Shown in pieces: positions 63,692 through 64,000 of a DNA stretch of 64,000 nucleotides. The position numbers and the translations under genes were made by a program. Source of the stretch: Chrysomallon squamiferum. Its lineage: Eukaryota; Animalia; Mollusca. Within the stretch, counting starts at the first letter, position 1; the number at the start of each line of letters is the position of its first letter. The notes under the pieces were generated by a model. It saw only the letters and a list, made by a program, of their open reading frames with translations. It made no database searches and had not been told where the DNA came from. The stretch lies in contig CM022677.1 in assembly GCA_012295275.1 (NCBI GenBank), positions 22,134,001 through 22,198,000 on the forward strand. Direction: 5' to 3'.

Positions 63692-64000
63692 CATAATAAT
63701 AACAACAACAACAACAACAAAATAATGATAACAATAATAAAAGGTCATGAATCATTCTTTTTCTTGTGGAAAACAGCATGAAAATCATGACTAATGTAGA
63801 GTAATTTGAGCATATATGTGTATAAAGTTAGAAAATGGTTGTCACAGTCTCTCACTAAGGTATTAATAACAGACAGAGGGATTCGCTTGTGGAAGGACTC
63901 ACAAAAATACATTTGCTCTCAGCCTCAAACGTCATTAGTGAAATGGATTTATTAGGCCTTTTTTTTCTTTTTTTAAGAGATATTTAAATATAAAGTAAAA

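Overview
AT-rich, microsatellite-dense, intron-containing animal DNA. A lophotrochozoan, probably a mollusc, is my inference from gene content; it is not prokaryotic. Hand-splicing of GT-AG exons gives, left to right: (1) the first coding exon of APC on the minus strand, with a probable 1-nt homopolymer error; (2) a 14-exon, ~632-aa gene for an RlaP/YcgL-like Pol-beta-fold nucleotidyltransferase with a degenerate N-terminal copy of the domain and a 19-copy minisatellite built from one of its own splice acceptors; (3) SRP19, head-to-head with it; (4) a tandem cluster of four TRIM-like RING + coiled-coil + beta-propeller genes that lack B-boxes (two probably intact, two disrupted), plus an orphan fifth RING exon at the right end; (5) between TRIM copies 4 and 5, a ~453-aa type I membrane protein with a signal peptide, two 6-Cys Ig-like domains, a TM helix and an FDNPAF endocytic tail. 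Its stalk is encoded by 18 (possibly 20) symmetric phase-1 micro-exons of 9-45 nt, invisible to the ORF track. This micro-exon Ig receptor is the most striking candidate for an undescribed system. All gene models were spliced by eye and lack transcript support.
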